A stretch of 64,000 nucleotides of DNA from the human T2T-CHM13v2.0 reference genome, Homo sapiens: the NCBI RefSeq assembly GCF_009914755.1, contig NC_060929.1. One strand, 5' to 3'. The stretch's first letter is position 1. The number at the start of each line of letters is the position of its first letter. A program made the position numbers and the translations under genes. Positions 16,808-30,193 of this stretch are shown here, one piece after another. A model generated the notes under the pieces. The model saw nothing but the letters and a program-made list of their open reading frames with translations. It was not told the origin of the DNA and did not search any database.

Positions 16808-17602
16808 CTATGGATGGTGCTGGTGCTGTGGTGGGTGTTTGCGTCATGGGATCCTGGTGCTGTGGAAGGTGCTGGTGATGTTGGGGGTGCTGGTTTCCTG
16901 GTGATCCTGGTGCTGTGGAAGGTGCTGGTGCTATATAGGGTTCTGGTGTCACGGTGATCCTGGTGCTATGGAAGGTGCTGGTGCTATGGAGGGTGCTGGT
17001 GTCATAGTGATTCTGGTGCTATGGAAGGTGCTGGTGCTGTGGAAGGTGCTGGTGTCATGGGAATCCTGGTGCTATGGAAGGTGCTGGTGCTGTGGAAGGT
17101 GCTGGTGTCATGGGAATCCTGGTGCTATGGAAGGTGCTGGTGCTGTGGAAGGTGCTGGTGTCGTGGGAATCCTGGTGCTATGGAAGGTGCTGGTGCTGTG
17201 GAAGGTGCTGGTGTCATGGGGATCCTGGTGCTGTGGAAGGTGCTAGTACTATGGAGGGTGCTGGTGTCTTGGTGATCCTGGTGCTATGGAGAGTGCTGGT
17301 GTCATGGTGATCCTGGTGCTATGGAGGGTGCTGGTGCTGTGGAAGGTGTTGGTGCTATGGAGGTGATCCTGGTGCTGTGGAGGGTGCTGATGTCACGGTG
17401 ACCCTGGTGCTGTGGAGGGTGCTGGTGTGATGGTGATCTTGCTGCTGTGGAGGGTGCTTGTATCATGGTGATCCTGGTGCTATGGAGGCAGCTGGTGCCA
17501 AGGAGAGTGCTGGTGCTCTAAAGGTTACTGGTGCTCTGAAGGTTGTTGGTGCTATGGAAGATGCTGGTGCTGAGGAGGGTACTGAGGCTCTGGAAGGTGC
17601 TT
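16808..17602. repeat. GGTGCT-rich minisatellite with a ~53-bp unit built from ~18-bp subunits
   Basis: Unit approx. ggtgatcctggtgctatggaaggtgctggtgctgtggaaggtgctggtgtcat; the ORF starts at 16968, 17021 and 17074 are 53 nt apart; degenerate at both ends. Confidence 0.95.
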
Positions 17603-18116
17603 ATGCACCTAGCTATGCTGCCAGGCCTGGTTGTTTCCAGGTTCGTCTGTGAGTTGGAGCTGAGTTTGGATTTGGAAGTCATTGGTGCTAAGCTGTGGAG
17701 AGGCACAGCTGTCCTCCAGGGAGATACCTGGGCTTGAGACTAGGCTCGCCTAGGCATCTTAGATCTTGGCTTTGCCATATCTTAGCTTCATGACCTTGGG
17801 AAAAATCTCTCCACTCCCAAGTTCCCAACTTTTCATTAATAAAACCAGACAATAATAATGAATAGTCTGTCTTTGGTGCACGCTAGGGGCTTAATAAATT
17901 ATCATTTTCTTTCTTTCCTATTTATATCCTTTTTCTTCCTCTTGTGTTCTTAGCTTCCTGTCTAATTAGCTGGATTTTGTTTGTTGGTTGGGCTCTGGGC
18001 CTCTCTTTGCAGGCTTTTCTCCCTGGGAATGTGACTGGGAGAACCTGGAGGAACATTTCAAGGGGTAGCCAGTTCATTGTCAGGATTCATGGGTGGTCTC
18101 TGGCTTCCCACAGTGA

Positions 18117-18469
<353 letters not shown>

Positions 18470-19500
18470 TGGTCATTTTTTTCGTGGGCTATTTTTTAGT
18501 ACTTCAGTTATAAGACAAATAATAATAATGTCTTAAATATGCTTTTACATCTACTTTTCAGCCTAACAACAATCTTGGGAAGTAGGTACTTTTATTATCC
18601 CCATTTTACAGGTGAGGAAACTAATGCTTAGAGAAGTGAGGTGATTTTCCCAAGGTCACTTAGCCAGGAAATGTCAGAACAAAGCAAGAACCCAGCTTCA
18701 TGGCTCCATATCCCATTCTCTCTGCCACAACTTGATGTCACCCTGCCATTGTCCTGGCCAAGCTGTGACCTTCCTGCCTTCTTTCCTTCCTTCTTGGTCT
18801 CCCTCCCTTTTCTTCTTTGTCGTTATTAATATTGGTTCTGGTCTGGGCTCAATGCCTGTTGCTGGGAGATACAAAAATGGATAAAACAAAACCTCTGCCC
18901 TGAAGGAGCTAACAAATGTGTGGATCAGATGAGAAACATTCTGTGCAGCTTCTCAGCTGTGCTCTTCCTGGAGTCAGCAACTCTGGGACCCCTTCCTGAT
19001 CCTCTAGCTGGATTTGGGGCCTCCTCTGGGCTCTGTAGGGTCATGAGGCCTCCTTTCCCACTGTCCTCTGCCTGGCCTATCCCGCACCTGCAGCCCCCTC
19101 TAGCTTCTGATCCCTGGAGGGCAGGGAGGTGTCTGGTGCATCTCTGTGTTCCCAGTTCCCAGCACTGGCCTGGCATGGAGCAGGCTTTGGGTGTGTTGCA
19201 TTGTGGGCCCTGTCTCTTGGGATGGTCTCAGGAGCATCCCTGACCCCACACCCTGATCCAGCATTCAGAGAATCTGCCTCATTAGGCTCTGGCCAGGGCC
19301 AGCTCAGACTGGAGGGTGTGTAGGCACTTGGGAAGGATCCTGGGAATGCCTGCAGTCCAGACCTAGAGCACATCCAGTGGGGAGAAGCTGCAGTGGGAGG
19401 GACACCTTAGCCCAAAGGGACCAGAGCTCACCATTCTCTCATTAAAATGAGGTGGGACCAAGAACTGGAAATGAGAGGGTCAGTCCTTTTTAAACAACCA

Positions 19501-19804
<304 letters not shown>

Positions 19805-20932
19805 CTATTATTAAACAAACAGCAACAAGTAAAACAAAAATAAAACCCCAGTTGCAGTTTCAGGCTAACATTAGAAGGTGTGGATTTTTGCTGTTTCATC
19901 CGCTCACCGATCCATTCCACTCTTTGGGCTCCTGCCTGTGACTAGCACTTTATGTGCACTACCCCGCTGAATGGTCCCAGCACGTCAGGCTGGCGGGATT
20001 GTTACCCCACTTGCATATGAGGAACACAGGCTCAGAGAGGCAGAGCGAGCCATCTGAGGTCCACACCCTGGAGGCTGTGCAGCTGGGCCACCTGCCCGGG
20101 TAGACAGGGTCAGGGAAGGTTGCTCAAATGGAAGGGGATCCCCGGCTACACAGGAATGGCTCCTAAGGATGCTGCTGAGCTCACTTACCTGCCAGTGGCT
20201 CCTTCTCCTTTCCTTTTATAATCTAGGGCCAAGAAATGGGGGCCTTGGCTCCCTGTCTCAAGCCTCAACCCTGCTCACGTTCCCTCCAACACTAACAGGA
20301 GAAGAAGCAGGGAGAAACACAGAAACCAGCCTCCTCAGTGCTGGCCGCTGCACCTAGCAGCCATAGAGCCAGGCCCCTCTCCCTCTGGAAGTCTCTAGTG
20401 ACTGTCCTTTCTTCTCTGTTCTCACTCCAACACTCTGGTTCAACCCACATCACCACCTGTCCCAGCCCTCTCCCTGATCCCTGGCCCCTTTCCTCAGCAG
20501 CCCCAGTCCTTTCTCCTCCCCTTCTAGAGCACATGCCCCACAGTGGCATTTCTGTGCCTCCATTGCTTACCTGCCTCTCCCATAGGTGCATCCACCTCCC
20601 AGAAGCAGTGGCCCTTCCCTCATGATCCTGTCCATTGGATGTCTCCCTGCCTTTGTCTGTGTCATCCTTCCTAGCTGGATTGTCTTTCCTGCCTGCCATG
20701 GGGCCATCTCCCTATTCATCCCTCAACACCAAATGCACATGGCCTGGGCCTGTGCAGTGTTGCTTGCACTGACATGCAAAGCCTGTCCTTTCTCCTTTGG
20801 GTTCCTGCATGTCCTATAGGACCCTCCATTCTAGTACCAATTAAACAGAGTTGGCATCAGTGAGTTACCTACTAGGTCTCCTGCTGACTGGACCAGGAGC
20901 TCTTGTACCCTTCTCTGTACCCTAAGAAGCTA

Positions 20933-21290
<358 letters not shown>

Positions 21291-22213
21291 GCATAAGGAG
21301 GTGAATGAGCAAACAAAAAAAATCCGTATGGCTGACCAAGAAACTCCACATCGATCACATCAACAGCTCTGGTTGCCTCATTTCCAGTATCTTTATATAA
21401 AATCAGGGCCCTATCTTTTCTTCTGAACTCTTGCTGATAACACATCCTCATAACTCTCTTCCTGATGCCACATTCTTAAGAAGTTAGACAACATTTCTAG
21501 CTTCACCATTTGCTTCTACCAATTTTTCATCAAAACTCCAGGGCCTTCATTCCATGGGATTCTAATATTTGCTGACAGCAGCAAATGGAGATAAGCGATT
21601 TTACTTTATTATCTGTTGTCTTGGTTTTTATTGCTCTCTCTTTCTTTTAAATTTTGAGGAACATTTTTAGGCAAGTTATTAAAAACACTGCCTGCTGGGT
21701 TAGGAGCAGAGTCATTATTTGGCATGGAAAGAATTTGCACATGAGGACTTGGTGGAGAAAGGCTGCCAGAGTGTTTCATGTTTATTATTTCACTTCTGGC
21801 CAGGGTTTTATTGAAAATCAGACTGAAGATGCTGGCCTATGTTTTTGTCCAGGTGCTTTCGCCTGGCTTTGTGAGTGTACTATTAGAATGACCTTCAAAA
21901 ATGTATGCTGTTATTAATTGATAGTTGCAAAGCAATCGTGGCTTAATTTTTTAACGAAACATTCCTCTGAGACAGAAAACACACATTGTGCTGCCTTAGG
22001 AGGAATGTGCATAGGGTTTGATGAGAGACGGGGTGATTCAATGACCACCCCATCGCAAAAGGATGGGCTTTTATTACCGGCTTTACATTCTCATTGATCC
22101 AAACAAACATTGTTAAGTAAATGCTGCAATAAAGCAAGTCACTTGTTAATAAACATAGTGTAGAAGAAGACTTCTAGGGTATAGTGAGCACTCTTGTTTC
22201 CTATGGGACTCCT

Positions 22214-22398
22214 GCAGGGGTGGGCTGGAGTAACTCACACCCACTCCTGAGAGCTGATTCTTCCAAGTTTGCAAGCCAGTTGTGAAACTGTTGGAAGCTT
22301 GAAATCAATCATGGTGGGAGTGTTTACACCATGGAAATCAGCAAAGGCTACAAATCTCCTCCTCTCCCCCCAAGAGCTGGTCTCTCAGCACACCACTG
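22214..22398. mobile_element. MER63-like hAT DNA transposon relic
   Basis: gcttgaaatcaatcatggtgggagtgtttacaccatggaaat ... cagcacaccactg terminus. Confidence 0.6.
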
Positions 22399-24976
22399 TG
22401 GAAAGGCGATATGGAAGAAACACATGGGTTAGGGGTTTGATCCCATGGGTTTGTGAACTGGAACATGTCATTTCAGCTCTCTGAACCTGCGTTTCCCAAT
22501 CTGCAAAATGGGTGGCGAAGGCTCCATCATAGACCTAGTGTGAGGCCTAAGTGAGGCAATGTAAGCTAACACAGTTGTTCCACTGTGGCTCGATAAACGT
22601 GAGCTTCCTCTTGTAGCTGCATGGTAGTTTTATTTCTGGGGAGGGAGGTCTCTTGCTAGATGGATGCTGCCACCTAGCTTGGGTCTCCAGTGGGAAGCTA
22701 CGCCTGGTACCTGTGGGCCTCCATCCCAGGTGACGCTGCCGTAGCTCAGTTGCTCCTCTTGGCTTACCCTTTCCACTGTGCCAGCTCCCAGCTCTCCATC
22801 TCTGTCCCACCCCTTCACGCAATATGAGAAAAACCAGATTACGTCATCAGATCACTCTCCTGCTTGAGAAATCTGCGATATCTCCCTGCTTCCTAGGGGC
22901 TGCAGTGTGATGTCCTTAGTACGGCACTGCAGGCTCTTCCAAAGGTGGGCCTTGCTGCTGATTCCTGTCCCTCTGCCACTGCCTTCCTACACTCCCAGTG
23001 TTCTGGGGCTCTCATAGCACTGCAAAACTGCCATGCCTTTTCATACTTCCAGCATTGCCCATGCAGTGTCCTCTGCCTCCATTGCCATCCATGTTTTCTG
23101 CTTGGAGACCCCGCTTAGAGCTCATCTCCCCTGGAACTGGTCCTTGACTCCCCACTTTCATACCTGGAAGTCCTAGGTTCCTAGCATTACAACTTTTCCT
23201 TCTCTTCCTGCACCTCACTGCTGAGATGGCACATCGGCTTTCCTAGAGTTCTGCTACCTAGCTGGATTGCTGAAGGTGCCACTGAAAAGAGGGCTTCCTA
23301 AAGGTTTCTCAAATCCTTGGTTGGAGTAATAAAAGGAAGATACAGAAAGTAAAACAACATTTTAAAAATAATTATTTGCAGTAATAAATAATAACAGCTT
23401 TATTTTATTAAACTTCTATTATGTGCCAGATAGCCTGTGAGTCATTTCCCATTTTATCTTTATTGTAACTCATGAAATAGGCATATTTTTAATATACGGA
23501 TGAGAAAGCTGGGGATCAGCATGATTAATTAAGCCACTCGGGGTCATACAGCCAATAAGGGGGCAGAGTCGGGGTTTTCTGACCCAGAGCGGTATGTGCA
23601 CCGATGTGTGGTTATGTGTATGTGTGTGCATGCATACACGTATATTCTTTTATCTATACCATCTTCCAAATTGGGAAACCCTGCACATTTGGGGAATTGG
23701 CTAAATTAAGCTAAACTGAAATGTGGTTGCAAGAATACTAAAACTTTGCTGCAGATCCCTGTTATTTGCCGAGTGTTAGGTTAATTTTGCGTTGGCTCTC
23801 TCGTCCTCTTTTTTCTCTTTAAATACACTGTTTGGCCGAGTCCTGAAATGTGTTGATCCAAAAGGGAAAAAGAGAAGCGACAATTTCCCAAGAAAGAGAT
23901 GCCGTTTTCCCCAGGGTCTGTCATGCCACCTGCTCCGCAATCCCAGTCACAAGGTGGGAGAGCTCATCTCCTGGCTTCCTCGCTCTCTGGGCCTTTGCTC
24001 CTGCAATGCATGATTATATTAAATGTGATTCTTAAAAAATTGATGATGTTTAAGCTCCTGGAACTGTCAGAAGAAGGCCCTAATAAGATGACTGTATGTG
24101 CAGCTTTTCATGTTGCCAGTAGGTTCTATAATTATAAGAAAATGAGTTGTTATAGCAACTGCCATGTAGGCCTCGCTTCCTCCTGGGGATGCTGAGCGCT
24201 CAGCTCTGTGATCCAAGTAACTGGGAGGGAATTTGGTTCTTTAAGGGGTTTCAACCCTCACTTGGGTGATCATCATTCATTCATTCTAATTCTTGACAAC
24301 CTGAACCCAGTTTTACTTTGCAATCTGACAGACCTGGTTTGAATGTTAGTTCTATAACTCACTGGACTGTGTGACCTTGGGCAAGTCACCTCACCTCCAT
24401 CAGCCTCAGTTTTTACTTCTGTAAAATGGGGATGCCAGTGCCCACCAATTGAGAGAGCCATTGTGATGATGGTGCTTGGGATGTGGCTAGCACAGCGCCC
24501 GGCATGCAGTAGCCCCTAAAATAGACGGGACACATTCCCCTTAACTTCTTTCACTGGGAGCAAATGAAAAATGAAAATGCTACAAGTAGGGAGGGTAGGT
24601 GTTTTCATAGTCTTTAAAAAAGTATTGTCATTAATTTGGGTAGCATTTGTGGCTTGAAAACCAGGCTACTGAACAGAAATTCCAGGCTGAATCATGTACA
24701 AGATATGAGACAGGGAAAAAAAGAGAGACGAAGAGAGAGAGAAAAAAAGCTAAATATAAATGAATATTTAGCTAATGAAACTGACTTGAATGAAAACTCC
24801 AACTTTACTTTATATTGCATTTCTCTGAGGCTAAGAAAAAAAAATTTCTAATTTCTAAAAGAATCTCCAAACTGAGTCAAGAAACCTGGTTTCTGGTCTC
24901 AATCTTTGGGCCTCAGTTTTCCCATCTGTAAAATGAGGTAGTTGGGTGAGTTCATCCCCAAGAGGCCTGGAACAAT

Positions 24977-25180
24977 CGTTCTCAGTCAGAGGTGATTTTG
25001 TTTCTCAGAGGACACTTGGCAATATCTGGAGACAGTTTTGGTTGTCACAGCTGGGGGTAGGGATGCTATTGGTCTCTAGTGGGTAGAGGCCAGAGATGCA
25101 GCTAAACACCCTATGATACATAGGACAGCTCCTTACAACAAAGCATTTTCCAGCCCCAAATGCTGAGAAACCTTGCTCTA
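24977..25180 (+). mobile_element. MER20 (hAT-Charlie)
   Basis: ggacacttggcaatatctggagacagttttggttgtcacagctgg ... ctagtgggtagaggccagagatgcagctaaaca ... tgagaaaccttg. Confidence 0.85.
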
Positions 25181-25519
25181 GGATTTACCAGCATGTTCGC
25201 TGGGTCTAAAACCAGAAATCAAACCATAGTCACGCCACCAAGGATAAGTCAGATTTGTTCAGTATTTCAGTGTCTTATCCTAGCAATCTCCCAGAGATTT
25301 GAAGCCTTAGAAAAATTAGAAAAGGTAAAGACAAAAAGACTTCTCAAGGTTGTAGGAAGCTCAATAAAAAAATGAGATGGCCACAGGAAGTGCGATACTG
25401 CACAACCCTAAACAGACCCAATATGATTGTTTTGTGCACAAAGCAAAATGTACTTGATGCAATTTTAGGTCTATAAATAGCTTTATTTTTTTTGTATAAA
25501 GGAGGATAAAAATAAATCT

Positions 25520-26150
25520 TGCAGATATTTCAACTGCCCTTCTCATTTCCAGCTCCTCTCTTCGGTTTTGACATGTCAAGCCACAGTCAGAGTGTGTCTC
25601 TTCTGAAACTCACAGGCAATCACTTCCTTTCCCTGCTTCAAACCATTCTGGGGCTTCTCTTGATCATTAGGGTAAAATCTGAACTCCTTCACCTGCTATA
25701 TACTTGGTCTCTCGAGCCTGTCTCTTGCTCATCTCTTCAGTCTCCTCCGAACAAGCTAAATTACCTGTCGAATTCTCGACACACTGGACCCGATTTCATC
25801 TTTACTCCTCCGCTTAGCTGTTCTTTCTACTCCGAATGCTTTTCTCTTCCCACAGTCTGGTGGCCACCTATTCATCTCATAAAACTGGCTGGGACATCAC
25901 CTCCTTTCCTAGTAGCTGCACCTCTCTTCCTCATTTTCAGAAAGGACTGACCATTTCCTTTCTGGGACTTTAATCACTGGGCAGAATTGGTCATCTTTCC
26001 CTCCTTCATGCAGTTATTTCCTTTCCTGCGTTTTTCTGGTGCTATGAAAGCCTGGGCTCTTGCGGACAGAAACTGCCCTGATTCAGTTTTATAGCCCCGT
26101 ATGCCTATACATTCTGGGGCCTTGAATACAGTAGGTGGTCAGTAACCTTT
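25520..26150 (+). mobile_element. L2 3' fragment
   Basis: Pyrimidine-rich L2-like body ending in cagtaggtggtcagtaa; boundaries approximate. Confidence 0.55.
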
Positions 26151-26276
26151 GTTTTAAAATAAGAATAACATACAAATGCACAACATTCTAACAGTACAGA
26201 AAGGCATTCACTGAGAAATTAAAGTCTCCCTTTCCCTCCTTCATAGTTCTCACAAAAAATATCTGTTGTCTACATC

Positions 26277-26478
26277 TGTGCTGTCCAAATTGGAAGCCCC
26301 TAGCCACCTGTGGCTATATACATTTAAATTGGTCAAAACAAAATACAATTTAAAGTTTAATTTCTATCACACTAGCCACATTTCAAGTACTTAGTAGCCA
26401 TGTGAGCCTAGTGACTACCATATGGGACAGCTCAAATTTAGAGAACATTTCCATCATTGCAGAAAGTTCTGTTAGTCC
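26277..26478. mobile_element. MER3 (hAT-Charlie)
   Basis: ctgtgctgtcca ... cactagccacatttcaagtacttagtagccatgtg ... gaacatttccatcattgcagaaagttct. Confidence 0.8.
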
Positions 26479-26545
26479 AGGAGCAGCTTCCTATGTTCCT
26501 ATGATCTCATCCAGGGACATTTCCTAAAGGTCTTATATGTACAGT

Positions 26546-26594
26546 ACACGCACACACACCACACACACACACACACAGACACACACACACACAC
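26546..26594. repeat. (CA)n microsatellite, interrupted
   Basis: Visible CA run. Confidence 0.9.
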
Positions 26595-26852
26595 TTAAAC
26601 TTGATTTCCTCATTCATCTTTTCAAATGTAACCATTGTATACACATTCTCTTGTACCTTGCTTCTTTCTCTTAATAATATATCTCAGAGATCTTTCCACA
26701 TCAGCACATTGAGATCCTTTTTCTTCCTGTTAATGGTTGTAGACAGAGGATGTTTCATCATCTTTCTCAATTAGTCCACGATTGTTCTAGCTTTCAGCCT
26801 TCTGCTGCTGAAATCAAGCTGCAGTGAACCTCCTTCCAGTGAACTACATGCA

Positions 26853-27223
26853 CTACTACAGTTTGAATGTTTGTGTTTTCCCACAAATTCCGATGTTGAA
26901 ATGCTAACCCCCAAGTTCATATTAGTTATTAGGAGGTGGGGCCTTTGGGAAGTGATTAGGTCACGGGGGTGGAGCTCTCATGAATGGGCTTAGTGTCTTT
27001 ATAACAGAGGCCCCAAGAAGCTTGATCTACCCTTCCACCATGTGAGGACACAGATAGAAGGCACCATCTATGAACCAGAAAGTGGGCCCATCCCAGATAC
27101 CAAATCTCCTGGTGCCTTCATCTTAGGTCTCTCAACTTTCAGAACTGTGAGAAATAAATGTCTGTTGTTTCTAAGCTATCCAGTCTATGGTATTTTCTTA
27201 TAACAGCCCAAATGGACTAAGAC
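26853..27223 (+). mobile_element. MLT1A/MLT1A0 solo LTR
   Basis: tgaatgtttgtg ... attaggaggtggggcctttggga ... ccatgtgaggacacag ... agaactgtgagaaataaat ... ggactaagaca. Confidence 0.88.
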
Positions 27224-27454
27224 ACACGCACACACACACATGCACACGCACACCCCTTTCATATGTTCTGCAAGTGTAAGTGGAGGGCATGAGAGTCTTC
27301 AATCTTAAAAACCTTGCCAGAGGGTATATACACCTTCCCTTTTAATTAATAAATTTTGCCAAATTACCTTCCAAATATGTTCCACCAGTCTATACTCCCC
27401 CAACAGTGCCTAAGCGTGAGCTGCTCCTCCCCGTGTGCTGGCACCAGGTTTTAA

Positions 27455-27838
<384 letters not shown>

Positions 27839-28751
27839 ATGCACATCTTTCATTATCAGTGAGTTTGAGCTTCTTTTTGGGTTCTTATTGCCTGTTTGAT
27901 CATTGGTTCTTTTCTGGAAAAATTCTTATCTGGCTGGACCATTTGTTCCTTCCTCCTGATTTGTGTTGCTACCTCCCAAAGCTACAGACTTAGTTTTTCT
28001 CCCTTGTTTGTTATTTCCTCAGTCGTCCTTTGCCTTTTGGTTTTGTTTATGGTGTAACTGCTTTTTTCATTCTACAATATTTCTAACTTTTGCTTTAACT
28101 CAAATTAATCATGGACTCCACAAGGCATGAGGGAAAATATTGATACATTTGACTTTAAAAATTAAGGCCATCTCCCACCCTAAATTTATGTTTTCTTCTG
28201 GTGCTTTTATGATTGTGTTTTATATGTTACAATTTTGATTCATTTGGAATTTGTCTCTGTGTGAAGAGCAAGCTGGGAATCCAAGTTTATTTGTTTTTGA
28301 ATGGCAGTTTGTCAGGTGTTCTAAGATCATTTATTAATCTTTTCCCTCTCTGACTTGACATACAACCTTTAAAAAAGCTACTGCATTTCCATATGGGTTT
28401 CAGTCTACTTCTGTTCTCTCTTTTCTTCTATTGAACTGACTGTTTTTTGTTATTGTATACCAAATTCTTTCAGTTACAGCTTTGTTACACATCTTTATAT
28501 CTGTGTAAATTATTCTTCTCTCATTCCTTTCACTCCTTACCCATTCTTGCATTTCACTTTTGCAGGTAAATATATATATTTATATATGTTATATATATAT
28601 AAAATGTTATATATAACCCTATATATAAATTAACCTTATTATATATAACCATATGTATGTGGATATTTTACTACTGTTACTGTTTACTTGGATTACATAA
28701 ATTTATAGATTTCAATTTGAGGAGATGCTACGTCTTTAAAATATTGAGATT

Positions 28752-28804
28752 TTCTTTCTTTCCCTCTTTCTTTCTTTCCCTCTTTCTTTCTTTCCCTCTT
28801 TCTT

Positions 28805-28841
<37 letters not shown>

Positions 28842-29147
28842 TCTTTCTTTTCTTTCTTTTCTTTCTTGACAGAGTCTGTTCTGTCGTCCAGGCTGGGGTA
28901 CAGTGGTGTGATCTTGGCTCACTGCAACCTCCACCTCCCGGGTTCAAGTGATGGTTGTGCCTCAGCCTCCTGAGTAGCTGGGATTACAGGCACGTGCCAC
29001 TACACCTGGCTAATTTTTGTATTTTTTAGTAAAGATGGGGTTTTACCATATTGGCCAGGCTGGTCTTAAATTCCTGATCTCAGGTGATCCGCCCGCCTTG
29101 GTCTCCCAAAGTGCTAGGATTACAGATGTGAGCCACCACGCCTGGCG
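28752..29147 (-). mobile_element. AluS (Sx-like) with expanded (CTTT)/(CT) tail
   Basis: Reverse Alu; flanking repeat aaaatattgagatttt on both sides. Confidence 0.9.
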
Positions 29148-29946
29148 TAAAATATTGAGATTTTCTATCTAGAAGCAAGATTGCATCTGTTGAAGACTTT
29201 CATCACTTTCAGTTGAGCTGTAAGATCATTTTTGCAGTTCTTGTTAAATTTATTCCAAAGTATTTTACCTGTTTTTTTTTTGTTGTTGATATTGTACAAG
29301 GAATCTTTTCTTTTGTTGTTTTTTAACTGGGTATTATTTATACTTAATAAAAATGCTTTTGAATTTTGTATATTTATTTGCCTCCAGTTACCAACTTCTC
29401 TTATTATTTCTAATAATTTCTTTAAAATTTTGATTCTTTATGTTTATAAGGAATATACAATTGTTCCATCTGCCTGTAATTCTAATATTGCTCCTCTTTT
29501 TCTGATATTTAGTTTTCTTATGTTATTTCCTGTTTGCAATTTTTAGACTCCTGATGTCATTTTCCTGTCTAATTGCAGTGGTCAGTACTTTCAGATTTGC
29601 TATTTCTAGTGTTTTAGCATTTACATTTTGATGTTTTTTTCCCCCCCAAATACCCTTTCTGCATTTACGGACATGGTGATATGGTTTGTCTTCTTTGACT
29701 TGGCATTATGATAAATTATACTAATATATTTTCAGATATTAAGCCATTCTTACATGTCCTCATTTGGTCATGGTGTACCATGGAGTTCTGTTTGCTAATA
29801 CATTACTGTATTTAAAATTTTTGCTTTATTAATATTGTGAGGTTGTGTTGAGATTTACTTTTTGTGCTGTCTTCATCAGGTCTGGTATTAATGTCATTCT
29901 GCCTCTGTAAAAAGAATGTACGAGCATTTTTTTAAAAAGAATGTGC

Positions 29947-30193
<247 letters not shown>

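Noticed and set aside
16745-17737. Repetitive MEGAGAV/LVLWKV ORFs and a superficial CRISPR-like periodicity
   Set aside because: The 53-bp unit shifts frame with every copy, there are no unique spacers and no cas genes; it is a eukaryotic minisatellite.
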